Origin: an uncultured Gammaproteobacteria bacterium
Lineage (GTDB): Bacteria; Patescibacteriota; Microgenomatia; CAYXHB01
DNA length: 64,000 bases
Direction: 5' to 3'
Assembly (NCBI GenBank): GCA_964561945.1
Contig: CAZLQM010000002.1
Location: forward strand, 13,087 to 77,086
Positions 9,858-20,831 of the stretch are shown in pieces (the stretch's first letter is position 1; each line of letters starts with the position of its first letter). Below the pieces are notes generated by a model. The model had not been told where the DNA came from. It saw only the letters and a list, made by a program, of their open reading frames with translations, and did no database searches. The translations under genes and the position numbers were made by a program.

Positions 9858-12188
9858 CTACAAATGACTTCTTCTATTAATTTCCATCTCCACTTCCTCC
9901 CGATCTCTCCCATATTTCAACTTTGATAACTCCGCAATCATCGCTCCCACCTCAGGATTTTTCTCTCGAGCATCCTGTTCCAAATCCTTAGTCGTATCCA
10001 TACTAAAAGGTGGCACGGGCGCATTATTTACCATCGTACTCACATATGCATTAAATTTATCTACATTTATCAAATCATCCTCACTAAATACTCCGCGGAA
10101 CTCCTGTGCCAAAAATGGCGCATCTTCAATTCCCACTCTAAACATCACTTTAGTTCCTACATTACCAAAAATAGCACTCTTAATCTCAGGATCCATCTGC
10201 CCCGTAAACTGATTAGCCACAGTCAAATTAAGGTGATATTTACGAGCCTCAGCCAAAATCGTCACAAAATCTGGCGTAGCGAAATTCTGAAATTCATCCA
10301 CATACAGATGAAAATCCGGTCTTTGATCCTCAGGGACATCTGCTCGACTCAAAGCGGACATCAACAGCTTCGGCACCAACAATAATCCCAAGAAATTCGC
10401 ATTCATCTCTCCCAAAGCTCCTTTATTTAATCTCACAATCAAAATTTTCTTCTCATCCATGATCTGTCGGAAATTAAACGTACTTTCACTCTGACAAATA
10501 ATATTCCTCATCATCTTATTCGTCACAAACGGTCCAAACTTACTCACAATGTAATCCAACACCTCAGATTTATGGAAATCGGCCGTTTGAGCAATTTGAT
10601 CAGTCCAATATCTCCTCACCACAGGGTCTTTGACTTTAGGCAGTAGCTCCTGCACATACCTCATATCGGTTTGCAACCTTACGATCTCCATAAAAGTCCC
10701 GCCAGGCACAGCTTCCATCACCGTCAACATCGAGTTACGAATTGCATGCTCGAATCTCGGTCCCACAATTCCAGTCTTGTGCGGATCATATAACTTATAC
10801 ATCAAATTTATTACCACACTGGTCACAAAATGCCGTTCGTCCTCCGTCTTAGCATCCATAATATTCATTCCCATTGGTCTCTCCATATCAGCAGGATCGA
10901 AGAAAATCACATCTTCAGCTCTCTCTGGTGGAATATAATCTAATATCTGTTCAGCCAAATCATGAGGATCCACCACCGCTACTCCCTTACCTTCGCGAAT
11001 ATCTTGAATGATCATGGTTTTCATAAATTCAGTCTTACCCATACCAGTTTTCCCAATAATATACATATGTCGTTGGCGATCTTTCTCACGAATCGTCACA
11101 GGTCGTTCTACTCCGCGGAAAATACTCTTCCCTAAATAAAGTCCATCAACTGGAATCAACGGGGATGCTGGTGCTGACTTAGAAGTTAACCAATTAATAT
11201 TTGGTGTTTCTACTGTCTTGTTTGGGAAATGATACAAACTCGCCACCTCATCTACTGACAAAACCGATGCCTTACTCGAAAGATGTAACATCCGTGGATA
11301 ACGGTAAATAAAATCAGTCATAAAAGTCTGCGGAATCCATACTTTCTGCTCACTAAACCGATTATGTCCTGAATTAAATTGTTCAAATGAACCTTTTATG
11401 TTAGCCAAATGCTGTTTAGCTTGTTCTTGCGTGTCCGACACTACAACCAACCTCACTGTCACTTCAAACCCAGGCTTAGATAATTTATTATCCACCGCTT
11501 CTAACAATCTTGAATCCACCTTATAACTAGCTTTTTGAGGATCAGATTCTTTCTTCTTAGTATCAGAAATAAAACTCTTCCCTGCTTTTTTCCAGTCGCC
11601 CCCAATTCCAGTTAACAAAATCTGAATTACAGCTGACTCACGAGGACCCATTTTCCCCAAAGCACTCGTCACTGCACTCATTGTATCAACTGGCAAATCT
11701 TTATAGGTTCTAATTGGTTTGTATGTTGGATCAGCCAACCCCAACTGCGCCCAAGCTACTTCACCCTGCTCCTCAAAAATACTATATTCCTCCACTGCCC
11801 TCACATCAGCCCCATTATATGCACTATGAATTTGTTTCTCAATCAAATCATGCAAATGCTCTGGCACACTCAAATAATATGTAATATCACCATAACGAGC
11901 CACAATCTCCAAACTAATATGCTCTGGCGGTTGTGTAGAAAATATTCCTTTAGTCTTTTTAAGCACATTCAAAGAAGACAATATCTGCTCCATTGCATCA
12001 ACCTTAACCTCATTATCTCTTGGCACCCTTACTTGCAACAGAACCGTCTTCAACGATCGACTCTCCCGATCCTTCCATCTCTGCCACCATATAAAACCAA
12101 ATAACCCGCCCAGCATCAATCCCACCACCACAGCCACACCCAACAACAATCCCAACAAACCAAACACGATAGTCAACAAAGAGTCCAT
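9858..12188 (-). CDS. VirD4/TraG-like (DUF87-type) coupling ATPase with N-terminal TM
   Basis: RHMYIIGKTGMGKT Walker A, YVDEFQNF Walker B, AEARKY, IFGNVGT. Likely start ATG 12188 (TACAAT 8 nt upstream). Confidence 0.88.
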   Translation of the reverse strand: MDSLLTIVFGLLGLLLGVAVVVGLMLGGLFGFIWWQRWKDRESRSLKTVLLQVRVPRDNEVKVDAMEQILSSLNVLKKTKGIFSTQPPEHISLEIVARYGDITYYLSVPEHLHDLIEKQIHSAYNGADVRAVEEYSIFEEQGEVAWAQLGLADPTYKPIRTYKDLPVDTMSAVTSALGKMGPRESAVIQILLTGIGGDWKKAGKSFISDTKKKESDPQKASYKVDSRLLEAVDNKLSKPGFEVTVRLVVVSDTQEQAKQHLANIKGSFEQFNSGHNRFSEQKVWIPQTFMTDFIYRYPRMLHLSSKASVLSVDEVASLYHFPNKTVETPNINWLTSKSAPASPLIPVDGLYLGKSIFRGVERPVTIREKDRQRHMYIIGKTGMGKTEFMKTMIIQDIREGKGVAVVDPHDLAEQILDYIPPERAEDVIFFDPADMERPMGMNIMDAKTEDERHFVTSVVINLMYKLYDPHKTGIVGPRFEHAIRNSMLTVMEAVPGGTFMEIVRLQTDMRYVQELLPKVKDPVVRRYWTDQIAQTADFHKSEVLDYIVSKFGPFVTNKMMRNIICQSESTFNFRQIMDEKKILIVRLNKGALGEMNANFLGLLLVPKLLMSALSRADVPEDQRPDFHLYVDEFQNFATPDFVTILAEARKYHLNLTVANQFTGQMDPEIKSAIFGNVGTKVMFRVGIEDAPFLAQEFRGVFSEDDLINVDKFNAYVSTMVNNAPVPPFSMDTTKDLEQDAREKNPEVGAMIAELSKLKYGRDREEVEMEINRRSHL

Positions 12189-12245
12189 ATTCCTATATTG
12201 TACACGCAAAACCCTTCCAAACTCACCTTCCAAAATACTTATTTC

Positions 12246-12587
12246 TCAACCCTTAAAGAAAGTCCTTGCCCCGTATTTTTTGATCATGTAAGTGCACCAC
12301 ACCGCCATCCATTTAGCGCTACTCTCCACTTGAGCAGCCAATCCTTGATGGAAACTCTGCTGAGTCGTTGGCAAAACCACAGCATCTTGCGGTAACTGAA
12401 AATCATCATTTTTAACCACCAACGAATCATCATTATCTTGTCCTGCCTGACCATCATCGTCATTACTAGGACCTTGAACGTCACCTTTTTCAACTTCCTC
12501 CAAATAATCATCTACCTCATTATTTTTCTCATAATCAACTGACTCAATACTATCTCGTCTAGTTTCAACTGGTATTTGCTCTGCCAT
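12246..12587 (-). CDS. Acidic hypothetical protein
   Basis: 113-aa ORF with own -10-like element; C-terminal LPTTQQSFHQGL...SSAKWMAVW. Confidence 0.6.
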   Translation of the reverse strand: MAEQIPVETRRDSIESVDYEKNNEVDDYLEEVEKGDVQGPSNDDDGQAGQDNDDSLVVKNDDFQLPQDAVVLPTTQQSFHQGLAAQVESSAKWMAVWCTYMIKKYGARTFFKG

Positions 12588-12647
12588 ATTAACCTAATGT
12601 TATCACGCCAAAAATAACCACAAAATACTCAAAAACACGCTTATAAA

Positions 12648-13343
12648 CTATTTGTCATTCTGCCACACCTGCTCTTTTTCTTGACAAACCCAAGCCGTGT
12701 ATCTTGCCATTACAAATAACCAATCACCCAATCTATTCAAATAAGGCAACCACCCCAACGCATACTCAGGAACTATCTCTCTAGTTCCACCACTATTTGA
12801 CTGCACTAATCTAACCATAGTTCGCTCTACCCTTCGCAACAATGATCTACTCACATGCAAAACAGCTCCCCCCACACCTCCACCAGGCAGTATGAAATTC
12901 TCTAATGTCGGCAAACTCTGCTCATAATCATCAATACTTTTCTCCATAGCACCAGTTCTCCCTAACCACTTATTTGCTTGCTGAACATAGTTTTCATCTG
13001 ACACCCCAGCCGTTTTTTTTTCATAAGTTTCCACTCTCCCTGATGCTGAAGGTCTTGCTATTTGCAATTTATTACTTGCCACTTGCGCTCCCAATTCTAA
13101 CAACTCACCCTGCACTTTCGTTAACTGTTTAACAACCAAACCCAAATCATCTCTCCGTGTATTATCTCCCATTTCTTCATACGTCGACGCCAAACTTTCG
13201 ATCACGCTAACCCCAAAGCCAATCTGACAATTCAATTCATCCAACTCACCCAACACCGCCACTTGCAATGACCCCTTCGACACTCGCTCACCCTGCCGCA
13301 AACTTGTCATCCCCTGATCCCCTGCTCGTGTATAGATTGCCAT
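12648..13343 (-). CDS. pduO: Cob(I)alamin adenosyltransferase (PduO type)
   Basis: MAIYTRAGDQGMT, GELDELN, FILPGG, LHVSRSLLRRVER, YLNRLGDWLFVMAR. Confidence 0.93.
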   Translation of the reverse strand: MAIYTRAGDQGMTSLRQGERVSKGSLQVAVLGELDELNCQIGFGVSVIESLASTYEEMGDNTRRDDLGLVVKQLTKVQGELLELGAQVASNKLQIARPSASGRVETYEKKTAGVSDENYVQQANKWLGRTGAMEKSIDDYEQSLPTLENFILPGGGVGGAVLHVSRSLLRRVERTMVRLVQSNSGGTREIVPEYALGWLPYLNRLGDWLFVMARYTAWVCQEKEQVWQNDK

Positions 13344-13367
13344 CGCAACTATTCTACCATTATTAAA

Positions 13368-14717
13368 TTAATCTCCAATCTTCAATTGATCCAAATCCGA
13401 CTGGTATTGCCCCCAATTATCATCCTTAAGTGATTGATAAGTAGACCACATCTTTTGCTCCCGTTCCAAATAAGTTTCCACATCCAGAACTCCAACTCCA
13501 CTCGACCTTGGAGCCACTTCGTTTTGCAACTTCAAACGTGCATCCTTAACATAATTAATCGATTTTAAATACTCCGTCCCCACACAAGAACTATACGATA
13601 CTAAATTATCAATTATGCATTGATTTATTTGTTCCCATAATCTAATTACCTCAGAAGACAAAACCAAGGCTCTCTCCAAATCCTTAGGATCATCAGCTGG
13701 ATAATAACTTCCGCCTCCAGCTTGAGCAATTTCCATGAGTTGTTGTTTTTCCTGATCATTTACCGCCAATCCAACCACATTTGTAGTTAGTTCAACTCCA
13801 CTCTCCTTAAGCATCCGTGCTTGCTCGACAGGATCTCCATCACAAGTCTCCAATCCATCAGACAATAATATTACAAAATTACCTTCACCTTCTCGATCCT
13901 TCAACATCTCTCCCGCTCTCGCCAATCCCCCCGCCAAGGGAGTCCATCCTGATGGTACTAATTTGTCAACACTCTCACCCACATTCTTAGTTCGTAAAGG
14001 AGACAACTCAGACACCACTTCAACTCCATTACACGATACCGATCTAGCTTCTTGAGACGAATTTCCCTTATGTCCATAAACCACTAGCCCCACATCTGTA
14101 TAACTGGGAAAACCCCGAGACAATACAGATTTCAAAGCATCAACGGCACTTCTCCATTTATTAACTCCATTTATATCTCCGTTCATCGAACCCGAAGCAT
14201 CCAATACAAATACCAAATTCAAACGCAATTTTGCCCTTGGCACATTTGTATAATCACCACAGCCAATCTCTCTCACACAATCATTGCTATTAGGATCATA
14301 CCCTAGAGCACTCTCCACATCGTCGGGGATAGAATCCTGATCACTATCTGTTTCTAAATCAAGCACATCATCACCTTGCAAATTTTCAATTGCTATTACA
14401 TCATTTTTTTTGTCTTTATTAACTAAGGTCGGATTATTACTTATCAAAAACAACAACCCCAAAACAATTACTACCACTAGAATTCCCAAAACCATAGCTC
14501 CATACAAAAAATACTTCGTTACACCATGTTTATGTTTAATAACATTTTTAGGTTGAACCACAACTTCTTTCTCAACCGCAGGCTCTGCAATCTTTGCTGG
14601 CATCTTATCAGCATCTACCTCCCAAATCTTAGTTGACAATGACAAATCCTCATCATCGCCAGATCTCCTAACGAAATGCCCTTTTATCTTTTGACCGTCT
14701 TCACTCATACATATCAC
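13368..14717 (-). CDS. Membrane-anchored vWA-domain protein
   Basis: TM segment, Ca-binding-like DSDQDSIPDDVE, MIDAS DASGSM, GWTPLA, LLSDGLETC. Confidence 0.85.
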   Translation of the reverse strand: MICMSEDGQKIKGHFVRRSGDDEDLSLSTKIWEVDADKMPAKIAEPAVEKEVVVQPKNVIKHKHGVTKYFLYGAMVLGILVVVIVLGLLFLISNNPTLVNKDKKNDVIAIENLQGDDVLDLETDSDQDSIPDDVESALGYDPNSNDCVREIGCGDYTNVPRAKLRLNLVFVLDASGSMNGDINGVNKWRSAVDALKSVLSRGFPSYTDVGLVVYGHKGNSSQEARSVSCNGVEVVSELSPLRTKNVGESVDKLVPSGWTPLAGGLARAGEMLKDREGEGNFVILLSDGLETCDGDPVEQARMLKESGVELTTNVVGLAVNDQEKQQLMEIAQAGGGSYYPADDPKDLERALVLSSEVIRLWEQINQCIIDNLVSYSSCVGTEYLKSINYVKDARLKLQNEVAPRSSGVGVLDVETYLEREQKMWSTYQSLKDDNWGQYQSDLDQLKIGD

Positions 14718-14741
14718 TTTAGCTTATTTTTCCATTACACT

Positions 14742-15365
14742 CTAGCTCTTAGAATTTACCAACGTAGATTCCTCCACCCAATCCATCGCCTGTACCAAAG
14801 TATTATGATCATGAGTTACATACCGCCGTCGACTTTCTATTTCCATCCCATACACTTCTGATAACATCATTTGCCAATACATCACATATACATAAGGTAC
14901 AATTGGTGGCAAACTTTCATTCCAATTAATCTTCGGTCGAAAAAACAAATTCCCTTCCAACAACCCCACAAACAAACCTAACGGTCTCCCCACAACTCCA
15001 ATCGCCACAACAGATTTGAGTATTACCTTCGGCCACTCAGGCAACTTTTCTGGCATCATTTTAAATAACTCTCCCACGAAGTCTTCTTGGGATTTACCTT
15101 CATAATATTGCCTAAAAAATGGTTCATTTTCTCCAACCGTAATATCTATTCCATCACACATCAAAATCTGCCCCTTATTCCTTCCTCGAGCCGCAATTTG
15201 CCACTTCAAACTCACTACTTCTTCAATTGTCTTCATCATTGATGCTCGTCGTCCCACCTCTACACCTTTTACCACCTCAATCTGCCAACTTCGTTCTTGT
15301 ACTATTTGTATCCTCTGGTCAATCTTAAATTTATTCCCCGTCGCATAGTAAATAACTGGTACCAT
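14742..15365 (-). CDS. Divergent Ham1/ITPase-fold protein
   Basis: N-terminal IYYATGNKFKI resembles Ham1/RdgB; the C-terminal SHR motif is not present. Confidence 0.5.
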   Translation of the reverse strand: MVPVIYYATGNKFKIDQRIQIVQERSWQIEVVKGVEVGRRASMMKTIEEVVSLKWQIAARGRNKGQILMCDGIDITVGENEPFFRQYYEGKSQEDFVGELFKMMPEKLPEWPKVILKSVVAIGVVGRPLGLFVGLLEGNLFFRPKINWNESLPPIVPYVYVMYWQMMLSEVYGMEIESRRRYVTHDHNTLVQAMDWVEESTLVNSKS

Positions 15366-15394
15366 ATCTCCACTTTATCAGCACTTTTAATTAT

Positions 15395-17719
15395 TTACAT
15401 CGTACACTTACTCCAACCACACTGTGGACAGCTCACGCATCCATCTCGATAAATCGCCCCAGCTCCACATTCTTCACACACCACAGCATCTCCACTTCCG
15501 GGTTTTATAGCTTGCACACCAACAGTCTCAACTTTGGCAACCAAATCCACACTCTTCACTTCTTCTTTTTTCAAACTTTTTGGCTTAGCCAAATTCAAAA
15601 CCTGATCCTGCTTACTCCCATCTCGATAAATAGTAATACCCTTACACCCCAATCGCCATGCTTGTAAATAAGCTTCCTTCACGTCCTCAACACTTGCCTC
15701 ATTAGCAAAATTAATTGTTTTACTAATCGAATTATCAAACCATTTCTGCCATGCAGCTTGGATCTGCACATGCCAAGTTGGCTTAATCTCATGTGTCGTT
15801 ACAAACACCTTATACACCCATTCAGGCAAACCTCTCACTCCATGCAAACCTTCTTCTGCCACAACTGTTAATAAATCATCCACTGATAATATTTTCTCTC
15901 CACTGCTTCTTACAACTTTCTTCAAATCAAGATTATTAACTACTCCCTCAAAAACAGGATCTACAATCATAAACTCACGAGTTGGCTTATTATCTCTATT
16001 GTCTTCATTGAAAACCCGCTTCAAAGTCACCAACGAAAATACGGGCTCAATTCCACTCGAAGTGTTAGCTAACATACTTATAGTTCCAGTCGGAGCAATC
16101 ATCGTCAATGCGCAATTACGATACCGCTCCGCGCTCCCAGCGTATACCGAAATATCGAAATGAGGAAATACTCCTCTAATCCTAGCTAGTTCCAAACTCA
16201 TTTCTTCTGCATTTTTCTGAATAAACTTAGCAATCCTGCCTGCCAAACTCACGGCTTCTTTAGAGTTATAAGGAATCTTCATCATATAAAGCATATGGGC
16301 AAATCCCATAACTCCAAGTCCGATCCTTCTATTCCCATTTTTAACCATATCCTCAATTTCCTTCAAAGCATACGTATTCACCTCAATCATATTATCCAAA
16401 AATCTAATCCCCACTTTCACCGAACGTGCCAAATCGTCCCAATCAATCTCATATTTATCATCTCCATCTTCACTTTTATTAATCAAATGATTATGCAAAA
16501 TAATACTCGTCAAATTACAAGACTCATAAGGCAAAAGTGGAATTTCTCCACACGGATTAGTCGCATTCAAAGCTCCCAACGTCGGCGTTGGATTATCCTC
16601 TTCCAACCGATCCAAAAAAGCCAACCCAGGATCTCCTCCAATCCAAGCATGCTCCACAATTGTCGCAAACAACCGTTTAGCACTCACACGTCGAGTTATC
16701 TCTCCTGTCCTTGGATTAACCAAATTCCACATCTTATCTTCCAATACAGCCTCCATAAATGCGTCTGTAACCCCCACGCTAATATTAAAATTCTTAATGG
16801 TTCCATCCTCATCCTTCATCGTAATAAATTCTTCAATATCAGGATGATCCACATTCAAAATCGCAATGTTTGCTCCCTGTCTTTTAGCTCCCTGCAAAAT
16901 CTGTCCCAATACTGCCGAATACGCTTTGATAAAGCCTACCGGCCCAGTTGCTGCCCCAGGGACATTACGTACTTTATCACCCTGTGGTCGAATCTTGCTA
17001 AAATTAAACCCTGTCCCTCCATTATTTTTATGCACCACAGCAGCATCTCCCAAAGTCTTAAAAATCCTTGCAATATTATCCTCGATCGGCAGCACAAAAC
17101 AGCTTGACAACTGACCCGTACCCCCAGGGTTGCCTGCCTCAAACATCGCTTTACCAGCACATACGAACTTCCAATTAACCAATCTCTCATAAAACGCTCC
17201 CGTAGTTTCATCATACTCACCATTATTTGACCAGTTTAGCTCTGCCTTAGCCATGTGTCTTGCCACCCGCCAAAACATTTCACCCAAACTCTCAATCACT
17301 TCACCTTTCATATTAGTTCTCAGATACCTCTTCCGTGCAATCTCCATTCCCATTGGTGAAATTTCTGGCTCAACAATCTCTTTGTTATGTTTATCTTTTT
17401 GATGCTTCCTCTCTCCAAACAATATATAATACTTTGCGGTTTGGAAAAATCCCCCATGAGCCATTGCCGGCTCCACAACGTCCCTAATTTGCGCGCTACT
17501 CACTTCTCTTAAACCCAGTTTATCCAATGATTCTCTAATTTCTTTCAAAATTATTTTTGCTTCCTTCTCTCCATAAGCCTTGGTGTCTTTTCCTGCTTTA
17601 ACCACACTTTTAACTATCTTTTCCCAATCAAAATTATCCTTTTTCCCCGAGCGCTTTATAACAAATTCAATTCCTCTATCTTTTGCAGTCTTAGAAATTT
17701 GTTTCATCATAGCAACCAT
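15395..17719 (-). CDS. nrdJ: Class II (AdoCbl-dependent) ribonucleotide reductase with ATP-cone
   Basis: VIKRSGKKDNFD ATP-cone, QLSSCFVL, GGTGFNFS, TNPCGEIPL, IAPTGTIS, CKGITIYRDGS, C-terminal Cys cluster. Confidence 0.93.
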   Translation of the reverse strand: MVAMMKQISKTAKDRGIEFVIKRSGKKDNFDWEKIVKSVVKAGKDTKAYGEKEAKIILKEIRESLDKLGLREVSSAQIRDVVEPAMAHGGFFQTAKYYILFGERKHQKDKHNKEIVEPEISPMGMEIARKRYLRTNMKGEVIESLGEMFWRVARHMAKAELNWSNNGEYDETTGAFYERLVNWKFVCAGKAMFEAGNPGGTGQLSSCFVLPIEDNIARIFKTLGDAAVVHKNNGGTGFNFSKIRPQGDKVRNVPGAATGPVGFIKAYSAVLGQILQGAKRQGANIAILNVDHPDIEEFITMKDEDGTIKNFNISVGVTDAFMEAVLEDKMWNLVNPRTGEITRRVSAKRLFATIVEHAWIGGDPGLAFLDRLEEDNPTPTLGALNATNPCGEIPLLPYESCNLTSIILHNHLINKSEDGDDKYEIDWDDLARSVKVGIRFLDNMIEVNTYALKEIEDMVKNGNRRIGLGVMGFAHMLYMMKIPYNSKEAVSLAGRIAKFIQKNAEEMSLELARIRGVFPHFDISVYAGSAERYRNCALTMIAPTGTISMLANTSSGIEPVFSLVTLKRVFNEDNRDNKPTREFMIVDPVFEGVVNNLDLKKVVRSSGEKILSVDDLLTVVAEEGLHGVRGLPEWVYKVFVTTHEIKPTWHVQIQAAWQKWFDNSISKTINFANEASVEDVKEAYLQAWRLGCKGITIYRDGSKQDQVLNLAKPKSLKKEEVKSVDLVAKVETVGVQAIKPGSGDAVVCEECGAGAIYRDGCVSCPQCGWSKCTM

Positions 17720-17754
17720 ACAAAGTCATCTAACCATTGGTCAATATCCAAAAA

Positions 17755-20313
17755 CTAACACTGCGCAAAACCGCAGCTATAGCACTTGGCACAACCTTCT
17801 TCATGTACTAGACTGGCAGTCCCACACTCAGGACAAATATCCCCCACAGACCTCTCACTAACATCCGCTTCTTCCAACGGTACACCACTCCCATCAATAG
17901 TTAACTGGACTTTAGTTTCATTAATTAAACTATCTTTTTTACCATTCAAATCTCCATCCCCAGAACCTATAAAACCCATATCGATCGCCAGCGCTTTCGC
18001 CAACGCATCAGGCAAAGACATCACCTTACTATGGCCAAATCCCACAGGCCTCATTCCTCCGATCCCCTTTAGTTGATCAATCACTAACTCAGCTCGTTCT
18101 TTAGAACTTAATCCCACAGCTGATTTCAAGTATTTAGAAATTATTCGCCCCAATGCCTCAGCCATAGCCTGCACATCAGATCCAGCTCTTCCTATATTTA
18201 TAAACAACTCAATTGGCGAACCATTTTCGTCTCGATTAACAGTTATCCAAGCGGTTCCCACTGGGGTCTTCAGTTTATACGTCCTTCCAGACATTACCAT
18301 AGGACGTATCCACTGTTTCACTTCAGCAATTTCTTCTTTAACCTTACTACTTACAACCTCATCTGTTTTCTTATCTTCATCTCTTATCAAAGTCCCCTCT
18401 CTTGATCCATCTCGCATATAAGACACTCCCTTACATCCCAATTCAAAGGCCAATGTATATAAATTCTTTACATCTTCTACACTATGAGAATTAGGAGCAT
18501 TAACTGTTTTACTAATTGAAGAATCTGTATATTTTTGAATTAGAGCCTGAATCTTTACATGCTCTTCAGGACTTAAATCATCAGCAACTGTAAAATAATC
18601 AGGTATATTTTCTTTACCATTTTCATTAATCCACTTTTCATACAACGGATGATACATCATCCGCGTTCCCAACCTATCCTTTTGAGTATATGAAAACGAA
18701 AACACTGGTTCTATCCCGCTAGAAACCCCTGCCAAAAGCGAAATCTTTCCCGTCGGCGCTTGCGTTAACAACAATGCATTTCTAACTCCGTAATTTCTAA
18801 TTTTCTCGCGTATCGCTTCTGGCATCGTTTGCATAAAACCGCTTTGCAAATACAACTCACTATTAAACATCGCAAAACTTCCCTTTTCATTTGCCAAATC
18901 CGCCGAAGTTTCATAAGCCACGTCTCTCATCAATTTATAGATCTTCTCAACTATCTCCAATGACTCTTTTGATCCATATCGAACTTTCATCTTAATCAAA
19001 GCATCAGCCAACCCCGTTGTCCCCAATCCCACTCTTCTTTCTCTTTTCTGAACTTTTTCTATAGATTTATATAAATACTTCTCTGCATCAACTGCATCAT
19101 CCAAAAACCTCACCCCAATCGCTGTCACTTTAGCCAATTCTTCATAATCAAACTTACCACTATCATCCACAAACGCCGCCAAATTAACACTACTCAAATT
19201 ACACACCCCCCAAGCAGGCAAACCTTGTTCTCCACATGGATTAGTTGCAATATTTTTCTCAAAATACCAAGTATTATTCATCGTATTATATCGATCCATA
19301 AACACCACTCCAGGCTCAGCGCTCGCCCATGCCGATTCACAAATCTTATCCCACAGCTCTCTTGCTTTAATCGTTTTATACACAATCACTCCATATCCTT
19401 TAGCTCTCCAATCTTCAATATCCCCCCTCCACTCAGATTTATAATTATCATCCTCACAATCAGCAAAAACCAAATCCCAATCATCATCATTCTTAACAGC
19501 TTCCATAAATTTATCCGACACACACACACTTAAATTAGCTCCCAAGATTTTATTCTGATCTTTCTTCACACTTATAAATTCCTCAATATCGGGATGCCAA
19601 TCCCAGAGCATTATCATCAAAGCCCCCCTTCTCGTCCCACCCTGCTGGATAATATCATGGGCTGCCACCGAATAAAGATTTGCCCAACTCACAGCTCCAC
19701 TACTTGTTCCATTGACTGTCTTAACGTACGAACCTCTGGGCCTCAACGAGGATAAATTAAACCCTACTCCTCCCCCTCTGGCACTTATCTCAGTCATATG
19801 CTCAAGCGTCTTAATTATTCCCTTGCGTGAGTCAATCGGACTAGGAATCACAAAACAATTAATCATCGTTGAATCCAACCCCGTCCCTGCCGTCGTCAAA
19901 AACCTGCCAGCCGGCAAGAATCTAAAATCCTCCATCGCCCCATAAAACTTCTCCTCCCATTCTTTTCTTAACTCAGAAGTATTCTCTACCTGCGCCACTC
20001 CCCAAGCCACTCGTCGCCACATCTGCTCTACAAATTTTTCTCGCACCTCCCCCTTATCATCCTTCATCGAATACCGATCTAAAAATAACTTCCGTCGAAT
20101 TCCTTCAAGTTCAGTTCCTTGATCCATATCTACGAAATGGGCTTCTTTACGCCAACTCTCATCACGATCCTGACTCACGACCTCAGTCTGTAAACTTGAA
20201 TTCTTCGCATTAAAAATTTCTTTCTTTACACCACCCAATCCATTAACTTGTCTATTCATATTGTTTCTATTTCTTTTCCAGTTACGACTGCGAATATAAG
20301 TTTGATTAACCAT
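17755..20313 (-). CDS. nrdJ: Class II ribonucleotide reductase with C-terminal TSCPD-like and Zn-ribbon domains
   Basis: MINCFVI, GGGVGFNLS, TNPCGEQ, APTGKIS, CKGVSYMRDGSR, VMSLPDALA, CPECG...CYSCGFAQC. Confidence 0.93.
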   Translation of the reverse strand: MVNQTYIRSRNWKRNRNNMNRQVNGLGGVKKEIFNAKNSSLQTEVVSQDRDESWRKEAHFVDMDQGTELEGIRRKLFLDRYSMKDDKGEVREKFVEQMWRRVAWGVAQVENTSELRKEWEEKFYGAMEDFRFLPAGRFLTTAGTGLDSTMINCFVIPSPIDSRKGIIKTLEHMTEISARGGGVGFNLSSLRPRGSYVKTVNGTSSGAVSWANLYSVAAHDIIQQGGTRRGALMIMLWDWHPDIEEFISVKKDQNKILGANLSVCVSDKFMEAVKNDDDWDLVFADCEDDNYKSEWRGDIEDWRAKGYGVIVYKTIKARELWDKICESAWASAEPGVVFMDRYNTMNNTWYFEKNIATNPCGEQGLPAWGVCNLSSVNLAAFVDDSGKFDYEELAKVTAIGVRFLDDAVDAEKYLYKSIEKVQKRERRVGLGTTGLADALIKMKVRYGSKESLEIVEKIYKLMRDVAYETSADLANEKGSFAMFNSELYLQSGFMQTMPEAIREKIRNYGVRNALLLTQAPTGKISLLAGVSSGIEPVFSFSYTQKDRLGTRMMYHPLYEKWINENGKENIPDYFTVADDLSPEEHVKIQALIQKYTDSSISKTVNAPNSHSVEDVKNLYTLAFELGCKGVSYMRDGSREGTLIRDEDKKTDEVVSSKVKEEIAEVKQWIRPMVMSGRTYKLKTPVGTAWITVNRDENGSPIELFINIGRAGSDVQAMAEALGRIISKYLKSAVGLSSKERAELVIDQLKGIGGMRPVGFGHSKVMSLPDALAKALAIDMGFIGSGDGDLNGKKDSLINETKVQLTIDGSGVPLEEADVSERSVGDICPECGTASLVHEEGCAKCYSCGFAQC

Positions 20314-20335
20314 ATTAATTTTTTATAAACAATTC

Positions 20336-20785
20336 TTACCCCAATTCCTTATCAATTACTTTTCCAAAGTCAGCCAATGTCTCAAAAGCCAAATAAACAC
20401 TAGCAAACCTCAGCCAAGCCACTCTATCGATTTTTTTTAATCTTCGCAAGACTGATTTCCCAATCATTCTTGATGGCACTTCATTCAAACTACTTTTCAT
20501 CAACTCTCGCTCTACTCGATAAACCAACTCATCGATCTGATCACTATTAACAGGCCTCTTGCTACACGCTGCTCTGACTCCTTCAACTAACTTATTTCTA
20601 TCAAACTGTTCTCTTCTCCCATCTTTCTTAACTACTTGCAAAACTGGACCTTCTATCCGCTCATACGTTGTAAATCTTTTGTTGCACGCCAAGCAATCAC
20701 GTCGTCTGCGGATACAGTTCCCGCCTTCCGACATGCGCGACTCAAGTACTGTAGTTTGATCTCTATCACAAAAAGGACATCTCAT
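20336..20785 (-). CDS. nrdR: Transcriptional repressor NrdR
   Basis: MRCPFC...RRRRDCLACNKRFTTYE zinc ribbon, ATP-cone, VAWLRFASVY. Confidence 0.97.
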   Translation of the reverse strand: MRCPFCDRDQTTVLESRMSEGGNCIRRRRDCLACNKRFTTYERIEGPVLQVVKKDGRREQFDRNKLVEGVRAACSKRPVNSDQIDELVYRVERELMKSSLNEVPSRMIGKSVLRRLKKIDRVAWLRFASVYLAFETLADFGKVIDKELG

Positions 20786-20831
20786 AAAAATTGTTTAATT
20801 GTAAAAAATGCGTTGCCCTTTATGTATACAT

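Noticed and set aside
15395-20313. Inteins or introns in the RNR genes, or one split RNR
   Set aside because: Both ORFs are continuous, of normal length and individually complete; no intein or homing endonuclease motifs were seen.
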